Shown: one piece after another, positions 40,712 to 50,574 of the stretch | Numbering within the stretch: the first letter of the stretch is position 1 | Layout of the letters: each line of letters starts with the position of its first letter | Assembly (NCBI GenBank): GCA_050948785.1 | Contig: JBMNEM010000004.1 | Coordinates: 68,288 to 132,287, forward strand | Origin: Dethiobacteria bacterium | Lineage (GTDB): Bacteria > Bacillota > Dethiobacteria > DTU022 > UBA8154 | Length of the DNA: 64,000 bases | Reading direction: 5' to 3' | Position numbers and translations under genes: made by a program | The notes under the pieces: model-generated | What the model saw: the letters and a program-made list of their open reading frames with translations, nothing else | The model's database searches: none | Told to the model about the DNA's origin: nothing

Positions 40712-42118
40712 CTAGTTGCCCTGGATGTTTCCTTCCTCATCTGTTTCTAAAACAGCATCTGCTTCTTTTTGTTCTTTCAGCTCATTTTCGGACTCGTCTT
40801 CCGTCGCACCTTTTACTTCGGTTTCCGGGCTGTTTTGGGGTTGTTCTTCCGACCCATCGGACATTACATTCTCCTGCTCACCAGAAAGCTCATCTTCGGT
40901 CTCTGCTTCCGTTTCAGTCTCCATTTCAGTCTCTGCTTCAGTCTCTGTTTCAGTCTCTGCTTCAGTCTCTGCTTCAGTCTCTGCTTCAGTCTCTGCTTCA
41001 GTCTCGGCCAGAACACCATTATCGTCTTCAGCAGCTAAAGGTTCTCCGCTTTCTGGTTCCTCGTTCTCCTGAGCTTTCTTGCCTTCAATATATTCGGATT
41101 CGCTGACAATATCAATTTTCCAGCCTGCTAACCGGGCCGCCAAGCGTACATTTTGACCCTCCCGGCCAATGGCCAGAGAAAGCTGGTAATCCGGTACTAC
41201 CACAGTAGCTGACTTATTTTCCGGGTCAAGTTCTACTTTTAACGTTTTGGCAGGATTTAACGCTCTGGCTACAAAATTTTCGGGATCTTCGTCCCACTCA
41301 ATAATATCAATTTTTTCCCCTTTAAGTTCGTTGACAATAGACTGGACCCTGTAACCTTTCGGGCCCACACATGCGCCAACGGGATCTACATCTTTATTTC
41401 GGGAATGCACAGCTACTTTAGAGCGTTTCCCCGGCTCACGCACTATAGACTTGATCTCCACAACACCATTAAATATTTCCGGTACCTCTAATTCAAAAAG
41501 CCGTTTTAAAAGCCCGGGATGGGTGCGGGAAACAAAGATTTGCGGACCCTTGGTAGTCTTTTTAACCTCTAAAACATAGGTTTTCAGGCGATCTCCCTGC
41601 CTGTATACTTCCCCGGGAATTTGCTCCGCTGGAATTAAAATAGCTTCTGTTTTTCCCAGGTTGATGATCGTATTCCTTTGTTCAAAACGCTGTACGGAGC
41701 CCGTAACAATATCTTCTTCCCGATCTACAAATTCCTCATAAATCAGATCTCTTTCCGCTTCCCTGATACGCTGAATCACAACTTGCTTAGCTGTTTGGGC
41801 CGCTATCCTTCCAAAATTTTTAGGAGTAACTTCTACCTCGACAATATCCCCAATCTCATACCGGGGATCTCTTTTTCGAGCCTCATCAATATGGATCTCC
41901 TGCTGAGCATTATCAACTTTTTCAGCAACATTAAGACAGGTATATATCTGTATCTGGCCTGTTTCCCGCTCAATATTTACCCTAACATTATGCGCGGAAT
42001 TAAAATTCCTTTTGTAAGCAGAAATTAATGCCGCTTCTATAGCTTCAAATAAAGTATCCTTTTTAATTCCTTTTTCCTTCTCGATGGCCTCCAGGGCTAA
42101 CATAAAATCCTGATTCAT
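40712..42118 (-). CDS. nusA: transcription termination/antitermination factor NusA with a long acidic repeat tail
   Basis: 468 aa with the NusA N-terminal, S1 and two KH domains. The C-terminal roughly 110 aa are a low-complexity acidic tail containing (ETEA)n. Confidence 0.95.
   Translation of the reverse strand: MNQDFMLALEAIEKEKGIKKDTLFEAIEAALISAYKRNFNSAHNVRVNIERETGQIQIYTCLNVAEKVDNAQQEIHIDEARKRDPRYEIGDIVEVEVTPKNFGRIAAQTAKQVVIQRIREAERDLIYEEFVDREEDIVTGSVQRFEQRNTIINLGKTEAILIPAEQIPGEVYRQGDRLKTYVLEVKKTTKGPQIFVSRTHPGLLKRLFELEVPEIFNGVVEIKSIVREPGKRSKVAVHSRNKDVDPVGACVGPKGYRVQSIVNELKGEKIDIIEWDEDPENFVARALNPAKTLKVELDPENKSATVVVPDYQLSLAIGREGQNVRLAARLAGWKIDIVSESEYIEGKKAQENEEPESGEPLAAEDDNGVLAETEAETEAETEAETEAETETETEAETEMETETEAETEDELSGEQENVMSDGSEEQPQNSPETEVKGATEDESENELKEQKEADAVLETDEEGNIQGN
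40895..41008. repeat. 12-nt coding tandem repeat inside the nusA tail
   Basis: About nine units of (T)TCAGTCTCTGC on the plus strand. They encode ETEAETEAETEA... in nusA. Confidence 0.85.
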
Positions 42119-42618
42119 TTTTTCCGCCCCCTATTTTTATAGTAGAGGTTTGCCTTGGCGACCTCCTTTAAATTGATTTTTATTTGTTCGCCTTCCTCTG
42201 TTTGTAAAATAAAAAAATCCTCCTGAAATTTTTTTAATACGCCCTTAAAATTTCTGCGCCCGTCCAGTTTATCGTAAGTTTTGATTTTGACATCATGTCC
42301 TTCAAATCTGCGGAAATCAGCTGCTTTTTTCAAAGGTCTTTCTATTCCCGGAGAGGATACCTCCAGGGTATAACTGGAGGGAATGGGGTCTTCAAGATCT
42401 AATAGTTCCCCAAGAGATTTGCTCACTTTTTCACAATCCTCCAGAAAAATTCCCCCGGGCTTATCAATATAAACAGTAACATGGGGCTGTCCCCCCATAA
42501 ATCCATACCCTACATCCACCAGCTCTATTTCCAGGCCCTTAGTTACATTACAGGCCAGATTTTCGATGATACTCACCGTCTTTTTTCTAATATTACCAGG
42601 AGTCCCCAAACCTGACAT
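42115..42618 (-). CDS. rimP: ribosome maturation factor RimP
   Basis: RimP core IENLACNVTKGLEIELVDVGY...VTVYIDKPGGI. I chose the ATG at 42618; the track ORF begins at a GTG at 42669. Confidence 0.8.
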   Translation of the reverse strand: MSGLGTPGNIRKKTVSIIENLACNVTKGLEIELVDVGYGFMGGQPHVTVYIDKPGGIFLEDCEKVSKSLGELLDLEDPIPSSYTLEVSSPGIERPLKKAADFRRFEGHDVKIKTYDKLDGRRNFKGVLKKFQEDFFILQTEEGEQIKINLKEVAKANLYYKNRGRKK

Positions 42619-42714
42619 CTCCTTCAAGATGCTTTTTCGATTCAAGAATAAAGAGTGGGTGAGGCCCACTCTTTATCAATACGCTTGGTTAGACATTTCT
42701 CCTACATGCAGTAC

Positions 42715-42743
42715 ATTTTACCATATCTAATTAAAGGATGCAA
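42715..42743 (-). promoter_or_regulatory. sigmaA promoter for the rimP-nusA-infB operon
   Basis: Minus strand TTGCAT (revcomp of 42738-42743), 17 nt, TAAAAT (revcomp of 42715-42720), about 100 nt upstream of rimP. Confidence 0.55.
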
Positions 42744-42822
42744 GGGAAGGGCACGCGCTGCAGGCGCGCCTTCGTTTTTTGTATAGGCGTGTGTTTATTA
42801 CCGCTGTTCACCCAGCTTCCTT

Positions 42823-43464
42823 CTACTTTAATGAATAAACACGGGTAAGATATTTGATTATTTCCCAATACATTTTCATCCTGGCGGCCATTCCTTTCCA
42901 GACGCCCATTTTTTCTTCTTTCATCACATGAGACATATCGTGTAAAACAACTTCTTTAACCCTAATCGCCGATGATTCCATAAAACGGTTTAAAGCTACC
43001 TCCACACCGAATCTGGCTATATCAAGATCGGATATCCTTTCCAGTAAAGAAAACTTCAATGCCCGCTGGCCCGAAAGGTACGGCGCCATTTTTTGAGCGA
43101 GATCGGTGGCAATTCTTCCCCCTTCAAAGATTCCGATGGTCATATCAGCTTCATCATTAATAACCGGTTCTAAAAGATTAAGAACATGTTTTGGAGTTAA
43201 ACCCAGTAAATCAGCATCTAAAAAAAGCACCACGTCGGCCCTGAAATTATCCAAACCTGCTTTTAAAGCTCCACCCTTGCCCCGGTTTTCCACCAACTCT
43301 ACCACTTCAACATCATAGCTTTTAGCTACCATCACAGTATCATCAGTGGAACCATCGCTGACAACAATGATTTTTTTGATCAGGACAACATCTTTTAATG
43401 GGGCTAAAACCTGTCCAATGGTTTTCTCTTCATTATAGGCCGGGATAATCGCAATTGCCTCCAT
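42823..43464 (-). CDS. family 2 glycosyltransferase (dolichyl-phosphate mannosyltransferase-like)
   Basis: MEAIAIIPAYNEEKTIGQVL...VVSDGSTDDT...LDADL. The ATG at 43464 has GGAGGA 5 nt upstream. The longer track ORF N-terminus is not credible. Confidence 0.75.
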   Translation of the reverse strand: MEAIAIIPAYNEEKTIGQVLAPLKDVVLIKKIIVVSDGSTDDTVMVAKSYDVEVVELVENRGKGGALKAGLDNFRADVVLFLDADLLGLTPKHVLNLLEPVINDEADMTIGIFEGGRIATDLAQKMAPYLSGQRALKFSLLERISDLDIARFGVEVALNRFMESSAIRVKEVVLHDMSHVMKEEKMGVWKGMAARMKMYWEIIKYLTRVYSLK

Positions 43465-43627
43465 GAGGATCCTCCGTTCCCAGTATTGTTTTATTGTAAC
43501 TACCAGGCAAATTAAAGTACCGCAAGGAGACGGCACGGGCTTCCCCCAGCGTAGCACAGGGCTACAGGAAAGACGATGGGACTTCATGCTTTACTATTCT
43601 GGTTTTGCAAACAACTGGCCTGAGTAG

Positions 43628-44713
43628 TTACGTTGTGTTTTTATAAAGGTGCTTTTTTTTCAACAGTTCCCTGATTTCGTGCTCCAAAACGGTCATGATC
43701 TCACCGGGAGCCACTTTTTTATAAACTTTTCCTTCTTTAAAAATAATACCAAAACCATCCGCACCCGAAATACCGATATCTGCTTCCCGCGCTTCGCCGG
43801 GGCCATTTACAGGACAGCCCATAATGGCAATTTTTAAAGGATATTTAATCCCCATCTTTCTGATCAATACTTCTACTTGATCCACTAAGGTTTCAAGGTC
43901 AATTTGGCAACGGGCACAGGTAGGGCAGGAAATGATTTCCGGCCCAAACTTTCTCAAGCCGGCAGCCTGTAAAATCTCCCGGGCAACAAAAATTTCTTCC
44001 GTCGGGTCACCCGTCAAGGAAACCCGGATCGTATCCCCGATTCCGTTTAATAACAAGAAGCCAATACCGAGGGAAGATTTTATGGCACCCTTTAAACCCC
44101 TTCCGGCTTCTGTAATGCCAAGGTGCAACGGATAAGGAATACGGCCGGAAATTTTCTGATAGGCTTCGATGGTCAGAGCGACATTTGCCGCCTTCAGGGA
44201 AACAACGATATCCTTAAAAGAGTTTTTCTCCAAAAAATTGATCGTTTGCAGCGCAGCTTCCATCAAAGCCTCTGCTGTCGGCCCCTTGTATTTTACTCTT
44301 AAGTCCCGGTTGATAGACCCGGAATTAACCCCGATACGCAAGGGTATACCTTTTTCCCCGGCGCTGGCAGCAACCTGAAAAAGTTTCTCCGTTCCCCCGA
44401 TGTTTCCCGGATTAATTCTTACTTTATCGGCCCCCTCCTGAATAGAAAGAAGGGCCAGGCGAAAATCAAAGTGAATGTCAGCAATGATGGGTAAGGGAGC
44501 ATACTTTTTAATTGTACCTAATGCCCTGGCAGCTTTTTCGTCCGGAACAGCCACCCGCACCATTTCACAACCAGCGGCAAAAAGCTTGTTGATCTGCTCC
44601 AGAGTAGCCTTTATATCTGCTGTAGCAGTATTCGTCATGGATTGAACAGCAACAGGGGCATCCCCTCCGATGGTCACAGCCCCAACCTTGACCGGCAGGG
44701 ATTTGCGACGCAA
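43628..44713 (-). CDS. ispG: 4-hydroxy-3-methylbut-2-en-1-yl diphosphate synthase
   Basis: 361 aa: RRKSLPVKVGAVTIGGDAPVAVQSMTNT, with a C-terminal Fe-S cysteine cluster. Confidence 0.93.
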   Translation of the reverse strand: MRRKSLPVKVGAVTIGGDAPVAVQSMTNTATADIKATLEQINKLFAAGCEMVRVAVPDEKAARALGTIKKYAPLPIIADIHFDFRLALLSIQEGADKVRINPGNIGGTEKLFQVAASAGEKGIPLRIGVNSGSINRDLRVKYKGPTAEALMEAALQTINFLEKNSFKDIVVSLKAANVALTIEAYQKISGRIPYPLHLGITEAGRGLKGAIKSSLGIGFLLLNGIGDTIRVSLTGDPTEEIFVAREILQAAGLRKFGPEIISCPTCARCQIDLETLVDQVEVLIRKMGIKYPLKIAIMGCPVNGPGEAREADIGISGADGFGIIFKEGKVYKKVAPGEIMTVLEHEIRELLKKKHLYKNTT

Positions 44714-44734
44714 CCCATCACCACCTTCAAAGAG

Positions 44735-45757
44735 CTAAAATAGTAGGCGGGAAATATCCTGAAAAGAAATTAAAATCATTAGCAGTATCAGAACAGTAAA
44801 ACCGATAAAATGAATAAACCCTTCTTTTTGGGGATCAACAGGTTTGCCTCTGATCCCTTCCCAGGCCAGAAAAAATACCCGGCTGCCATCTAAAGCCGGA
44901 ATCGGTAAAAGGTTGATAACACCCAAGTTCACGCTAATAATTGCCGCCAGGGAAAAAAGATTACTTAAACCTGTACGGGCAACCTCTCCGACTACGGCCA
45001 CGATACCCACAGGGCCCGTCACATCCGGGGGGATAGCACCTGCAATCATCTGCGCCAGACTGACAAATATCAACTTGCCAAAAAACCAGGTATAGGTAAA
45101 TCCCAGACCAATCGACTGGAAAAGAAGAAATTTTTTATAAACAGGAGCAATACCGATCAAACCACGGCCGGATTCTTCCACGGGAACGACAGAAAATGAA
45201 AGTTCCTGACTATCGCGCTGTACAAGTAAGGAAATCTCCTTTTCCGGGTTAGCGTAGATATGTTGAATGACAGCATTCCAGTTTTCAGTTTGGGTACCAT
45301 TAATGGCCAAGATTATATCCCCGGTCTGCAAGCCGACCTCCGCAGCCCTGCCACCGGGCAGAATTTCCCCTATTTGCGCCAGTTGAGTCTGCGGCACCCC
45401 TAAAAAAAGATAATAAACTAGAGAGAATAGAACAATGCCCAAGATAAAGTTCATAAAAGAACCGGCGACAATTACGGCAAAACGTGAAGCCAAGGGCTTT
45501 TCCTGAAAACTGCCTTCTTGGTGTGCCTCTTCCGGGTCCTCCCCCAGCAGCCGACAAAAACCACCCAAGGGGAACAACCTTAAAGAATAGCGCGTACCCT
45601 TTTTTTCCCAACCTACGAGCTCTTTACCAAACCCAATCGCAAACTCCAGGACGCGTATGCGTGTCAATCTAGCCATGATATAATGGCCAAACTCATGCAC
45701 AAAAATTAACATGGCAAAGATAATGATCGAAGCAATCACCGTCTGCACATTAAACAT
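44735..45757 (-). CDS. rseP: RIP site-2 metalloprotease
   Basis: 340 aa with HEFGHYIMA, a PDZ domain and the LDG motif. Confidence 0.9.
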   Translation of the reverse strand: MFNVQTVIASIIIFAMLIFVHEFGHYIMARLTRIRVLEFAIGFGKELVGWEKKGTRYSLRLFPLGGFCRLLGEDPEEAHQEGSFQEKPLASRFAVIVAGSFMNFILGIVLFSLVYYLFLGVPQTQLAQIGEILPGGRAAEVGLQTGDIILAINGTQTENWNAVIQHIYANPEKEISLLVQRDSQELSFSVVPVEESGRGLIGIAPVYKKFLLFQSIGLGFTYTWFFGKLIFVSLAQMIAGAIPPDVTGPVGIVAVVGEVARTGLSNLFSLAAIISVNLGVINLLPIPALDGSRVFFLAWEGIRGKPVDPQKEGFIHFIGFTVLILLMILISFQDISRLLF

Positions 45758-45764
45758 TCTCCTT

Positions 45765-46919
45765 TTATTTATTCAGGATTCTTCCAGCCTCTTCCCGGGC
45801 CCAGGCATCGGCCCCGACAATCTCCCCGAGAGTCGGATTTACTTTTACAGAATGCCTGCCCATGACCTCTTCCAAGAGAACCGGAATATTTAAAAAGGGT
45901 ATTTGCCCCCCTAAAAATTTTTCTACAGCGATCTCATTGGCCGCATTTAAAACAGCAGGCATCGTCCCCCCCAATTCCCCCGCTTGATAAGCATAGCGCA
46001 GGCAGGGGAAACTTTCCAAATCCGGAGGTGCAAAGTTTAAGCCACGTTTTTCCCCCCACCTCAAGCGGGAAAAGCTGTTTGCCCATCTCTCTGGATAACT
46101 GAGTGCGTACTGGATGGGAAATAACATGCTGGGAAAACCCATCTGGGCAATAATGGAACCGTCAATATACTCTACCATGGAATGAACAACGCTTTCCGGG
46201 TGAATGACCACATCTATTTGCTGCAATTCCAGGTTAAAAAGCCAGCGGGCTTCTAAAACTTCCAGGCCTTTGTTCATCAATGTAGCAGAATCTATCGTTA
46301 CTTTAGCCCCCATGTTCCAGTTGGGATGCTTTAAAGCCTGCGCCGGCTGAACTCCGGCAAGCTCATTTTTCCCCCACCCGAAAAAAGGACCTCCCGAAGC
46401 CGTTAAAATAACCCTTTTGACTTCACCGGGATTTCCGGCATGCAGGCACTGAAAAATAGCCGAATGCTCACTATCTACAGGCCTGATGACCGTATTTTTA
46501 GACCTGGCCTCCGCCATGATTAGCTCCCCGCCCACCACCAGGGCCTCTTTATTGGCCAGTGCAATTTTTTTACCTGCCTGCAGGGCAGCGAGAGTCGGCT
46601 TCAACCCGCTAAAACCGACCAGGGCCACTACAACTATTTGGACAGCAGGCTGAGTGGCGAGAGTAATTAAACCTTTTTCCCCGGCAAGGATTTCGGTTTG
46701 CAGATCTGCAGTACGTCTTTTTAACTCTGAAGCATCTTCTTCCTCCCAAACGGCAGCAGTAAGTGGTTGATACTTTCTGATTTGTTTTTCGAGAAGTTCA
46801 ATGTTCTTTCCTGCAGACAGGCCTATAACCTGAAGTTTGCCCGGAAACTGATCTACAACTTGTAAAGTTTGCCTCCCAATGGAGCCGGTAGAGCCTAAAA
46901 CAACGATCCTTTTAACCAT
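45765..46919 (-). CDS. dxr: 1-deoxy-D-xylulose 5-phosphate reductoisomerase
   Basis: 384 aa: IVVLGSTGSIGRQTLQVV. Confidence 0.95.
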   Translation of the reverse strand: MVKRIVVLGSTGSIGRQTLQVVDQFPGKLQVIGLSAGKNIELLEKQIRKYQPLTAAVWEEEDASELKRRTADLQTEILAGEKGLITLATQPAVQIVVVALVGFSGLKPTLAALQAGKKIALANKEALVVGGELIMAEARSKNTVIRPVDSEHSAIFQCLHAGNPGEVKRVILTASGGPFFGWGKNELAGVQPAQALKHPNWNMGAKVTIDSATLMNKGLEVLEARWLFNLELQQIDVVIHPESVVHSMVEYIDGSIIAQMGFPSMLFPIQYALSYPERWANSFSRLRWGEKRGLNFAPPDLESFPCLRYAYQAGELGGTMPAVLNAANEIAVEKFLGGQIPFLNIPVLLEEVMGRHSVKVNPTLGEIVGADAWAREEAGRILNK

Positions 46920-47003
46920 AAAATACCCTCACAGTACACTTATTATAACAAATTTAAGAATAAAATAAACAACAATTACCATTAAAAATTAAATTTACGA
47001 GCC

Positions 47004-47816
47004 TTACCCTGCTGTATAAATTAAATAGCGAACAAAAATATAGAAAAAAGGTGCAGCAAACAAAAGGCTGTCGAAACGGTCCAGTATCCCACCGTGTCCG
47101 GGTAAAAGATCCCCCGAATCTTTGACATTTACACTTCTTTTTAAGACAGACTGGTTTAAGTCTCCCAGGGTTCCAGCCAAGCCAACCAGTAAACCGAGCA
47201 ACCCGCCATAAAACAAATTTAAAAAATCCAGGGGGAAAAGCCAGGACAACAATATGCCGGCCAGGCTGCTTCCCAATAAACCCCCTATAGTCCCTTCCAC
47301 CGTTTTTTTTGGGCTTATATGGGGCGCCAAGGGATTTTTCCCCAGCATCCCTCCGACAAAATAAGCGAGTATATCTGCAGACCAAACCATAATAAATAAA
47401 AAAAGGGTTAAAAAAAACCCTGCTGGCAGCAGTCTGATGACAACTAAAATACTAAGCAGGCCACCGGTATAAATTACCCCCCAAAAAGAAAGAGCGGCTT
47501 CCCAGTATTTTACCTTTGTATAAAAAAATACGGGAAAAAAAGCAAATGCAATGAAGAAAAAAACCCAAAGTGAGATAACCAAAGTGGGATTATCCTTGTA
47601 AACTGCCAACAAAGCCAAGGGAAGAAATAAATAGCCTGCCAGTTTAACAGGTTCCCACCCGCCGCTTTTCATCAGGGAAAAATATTCCTTTAAACCAAGA
47701 ATGGAAATAATCAGGATAACCAAGCCATACCAGTAACCTCCCATGTAAACAAAAAAAAGAAGTAACGGTATGCCGAGCAAAGCTGTCCATACTCTTTCCC
47801 GCAACATAATTATCAC
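47004..47816 (-). CDS. cdsA: phosphatidate cytidylyltransferase
   Basis: 270 aa polytopic protein with the C-terminal motif SxxKRxxxVKDxGxxxPGHGGxxDRxDS. Confidence 0.9.
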   Translation of the reverse strand: MIIMLRERVWTALLGIPLLLFFVYMGGYWYGLVILIISILGLKEYFSLMKSGGWEPVKLAGYLFLPLALLAVYKDNPTLVISLWVFFFIAFAFFPVFFYTKVKYWEAALSFWGVIYTGGLLSILVVIRLLPAGFFLTLFLFIMVWSADILAYFVGGMLGKNPLAPHISPKKTVEGTIGGLLGSSLAGILLSWLFPLDFLNLFYGGLLGLLVGLAGTLGDLNQSVLKRSVNVKDSGDLLPGHGGILDRFDSLLFAAPFFYIFVRYLIYTAG

Positions 47817-47821
47817 ACCGC

Positions 47822-48577
47822 CTAAAGCTTACTAATGCCACCAAACCTTCTTTCCCGAATCTGGTAATCCAGTACCGCTTCCAGAAAATGTTCTCTTTGA
47901 AAATCAGGCCAAAGTATCCTTGTAAACCACAGTTCTGTGTAAGCCAGCTGCCAGAGCAAAAAGTTACTGATGCGCAGTTCACCGCTGGGACGGATTAACA
48001 GATCGGGATCCGGCATACCCCCGCTGTAGAGATAATTACCAAATAAATCTTCTGTAATTTCATCCACTTTTAAGCGGCCGTGGCCAACTTCTTCGCAAAG
48101 CTTTTTCACGGCATGAATAATTTCCGTGCGTCCGCCGTAATTAAACGCAAAATTCAAGATCATACCTGTATTATTCCGGGTAGCATCCAGGGCAGTTTTA
48201 ATTGCTTTTTGTGTTCTCTCCGGAAGTTGTACAAGTTCACCCATGGTCCTGATAACGATGTTTTTCTCCATTAACAACGGCAATTCTTTTTGAAGGTATT
48301 CTTCCGGCAAGCGCATTAAAAACTCTACTTCTACCAAGGGTCTTTTCCAATTTTCTGTAGAAAAAGCATAAAGACTAAGCATCTTGATTCCTAATTCGTG
48401 CGCATAGTCCACTATTTCTCTTAATGTTTTCATGCCGGCCCGATGACCGACAATCCGCGGCAAACCCCTTTTTCTGGCCCAACGACCATTCCCATCCATA
48501 ATTATGGCGATATGCCGGGGAAGCTTTTTGCCGGATACAAGCTTACTGAGCTCTAATTCCCTTTTTCTTTTACCCAT
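47822..48577 (-). CDS. uppS: isoprenyl transferase (undecaprenyl diphosphate synthase)
   Basis: HIAIIMDGNGRWA motif. I chose the ATG at 48577, with AGGTGA 5 nt upstream. Confidence 0.92.
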   Translation of the reverse strand: MGKRKRELELSKLVSGKKLPRHIAIIMDGNGRWARKRGLPRIVGHRAGMKTLREIVDYAHELGIKMLSLYAFSTENWKRPLVEVEFLMRLPEEYLQKELPLLMEKNIVIRTMGELVQLPERTQKAIKTALDATRNNTGMILNFAFNYGGRTEIIHAVKKLCEEVGHGRLKVDEITEDLFGNYLYSGGMPDPDLLIRPSGELRISNFLLWQLAYTELWFTRILWPDFQREHFLEAVLDYQIRERRFGGISKL

Positions 48578-48642
48578 GGTTATCACCTGCAAAACCTATA
48601 AATAGACCCCCATGGGGGGTAAAAATATAAAGGACTATACAT

Positions 48643-48867
48643 TCAGGTAACTTCTTTAGCAATAACCAGTTCCAGCGTACCGCCTGAAAGCATGGTTTGT
48701 TTTAGAACACGATACCTTGTTACCTCCTCCTGACCCCTTTCTTGCATACTCCGTGATAAAAATGGAGGGACAGTTTCCTTTAAATGAAATTTTATCCCTT
48801 TCCTGATTAAAATATCGCTGGCCTCTTCCAAACAATAGGCGGTTATTTCCGGAATTTTCCTTTTCAT
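48643..48867 (-). CDS. hypothetical small protein between frr and uppS
   Basis: 74 aa (MKRKIPEITAYCLEEASDILIRKGIKFHLKE...) with no recognisable motif. It exactly fills the frr-uppS gap. Confidence 0.35.
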   Translation of the reverse strand: MKRKIPEITAYCLEEASDILIRKGIKFHLKETVPPFLSRSMQERGQEEVTRYRVLKQTMLSGGTLELVIAKEVT

Positions 48868-48897
48868 TTTTTATCTTTTACCTTTGAAATAATTAAA

Positions 48898-49452
48898 TTA
48901 AACTTCCATAATCTCTTTTTCCTTTAATGCCAGAAACTGATCAACTGCTTCAATTTGCTTATTCGTTAAATCCTGAACCTCTCCTTGAGCAGTTCGCAAG
49001 TTATCTTCAGAAATATCACCTTTTTTTTCCTGTGCTTTCAGTAAATCATTGGCTTCACGACGAACGTTCCTGATAGCAACCCGGGTTTCTTCCGCTTTTT
49101 TGCGGATAGTTTTAACAAGCTCTTTTCTTCTTTCTTCCGTAAGTTGCGGTATGGCAAGCCGGATAATATTACCGTCACTCTGGGGATTTAAACCTAAATC
49201 AGATTTTAAAATAGCTTTTTCAATTTCCCCAATGACATTTTTATCCCAAGCCTGGATAACCAGCAGCCGCGGCTCCGGTGCTGATATGGTTGCCAGCTGA
49301 TTTAGAGGTGTGAGCGTATTATAATAATTTACATTAATTTTATCGAGTAAGGAAGGAACAGCACGGCCGGCCCTTAATGTACTCAATTCCTTTTTAAAAA
49401 CTTCAACACTTTTTTCCATTTTATTCTCGGTCATTTGAAATATTTCAGTCAC
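48898..49452 (-). CDS. frr: ribosome recycling factor
   Basis: 184 aa RRF. Confidence 0.95.
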   Translation of the reverse strand: MTEIFQMTENKMEKSVEVFKKELSTLRAGRAVPSLLDKINVNYYNTLTPLNQLATISAPEPRLLVIQAWDKNVIGEIEKAILKSDLGLNPQSDGNIIRLAIPQLTEERRKELVKTIRKKAEETRVAIRNVRREANDLLKAQEKKGDISEDNLRTAQGEVQDLTNKQIEAVDQFLALKEKEIMEV

Positions 49453-50178
<726 letters not shown>

Positions 50179-50574
50179 TTATAAACCTCCAAAAATTATT
50201 TTGTCGCCGGCAGGTAGCCCTCACCAGGGATCTGCCTGCAAAAATGCGCTTTTTTACTACAAGGTTATTCATTTTTTCCCTGGCCGTTCCTGGCAAAACT
50301 TTGTTTCTACGAATTTCAGGGGGTTGTATGACGGATTACTTTGGTATTATTATATAAAACTATTATACCCGTAAAAATCTTTCCCTGCGCAAAGGAAAAA
50401 TTTCATTGTTCCTTTACACAGGCAGCATATCGGTGAAGTGTTTGTTCGTAAAGAAGTACTATGTTATCAAATATAACTAGTTCACCGATAAGACATGGAA
50501 ATCCTTCCTGCCTTGGACAATCTATAAGATGATGTTAACTCTGCACACCATTTTAACATTATCCGTTTAAATTA

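Noticed and set aside
40716-41072. Plus-strand ORFs antisense to the nusA tail (118 aa and 89 aa)
   Set aside because: They are artefacts of the 12-nt tandem repeat, which is open in several frames. The nusA frame is the one with a conserved upstream domain.
46954-47982. ORFs 46954-47385 and 47644-47982 overlapping cdsA and uppS in other frames
   Set aside because: They are alternate frames of conserved genes with no support.
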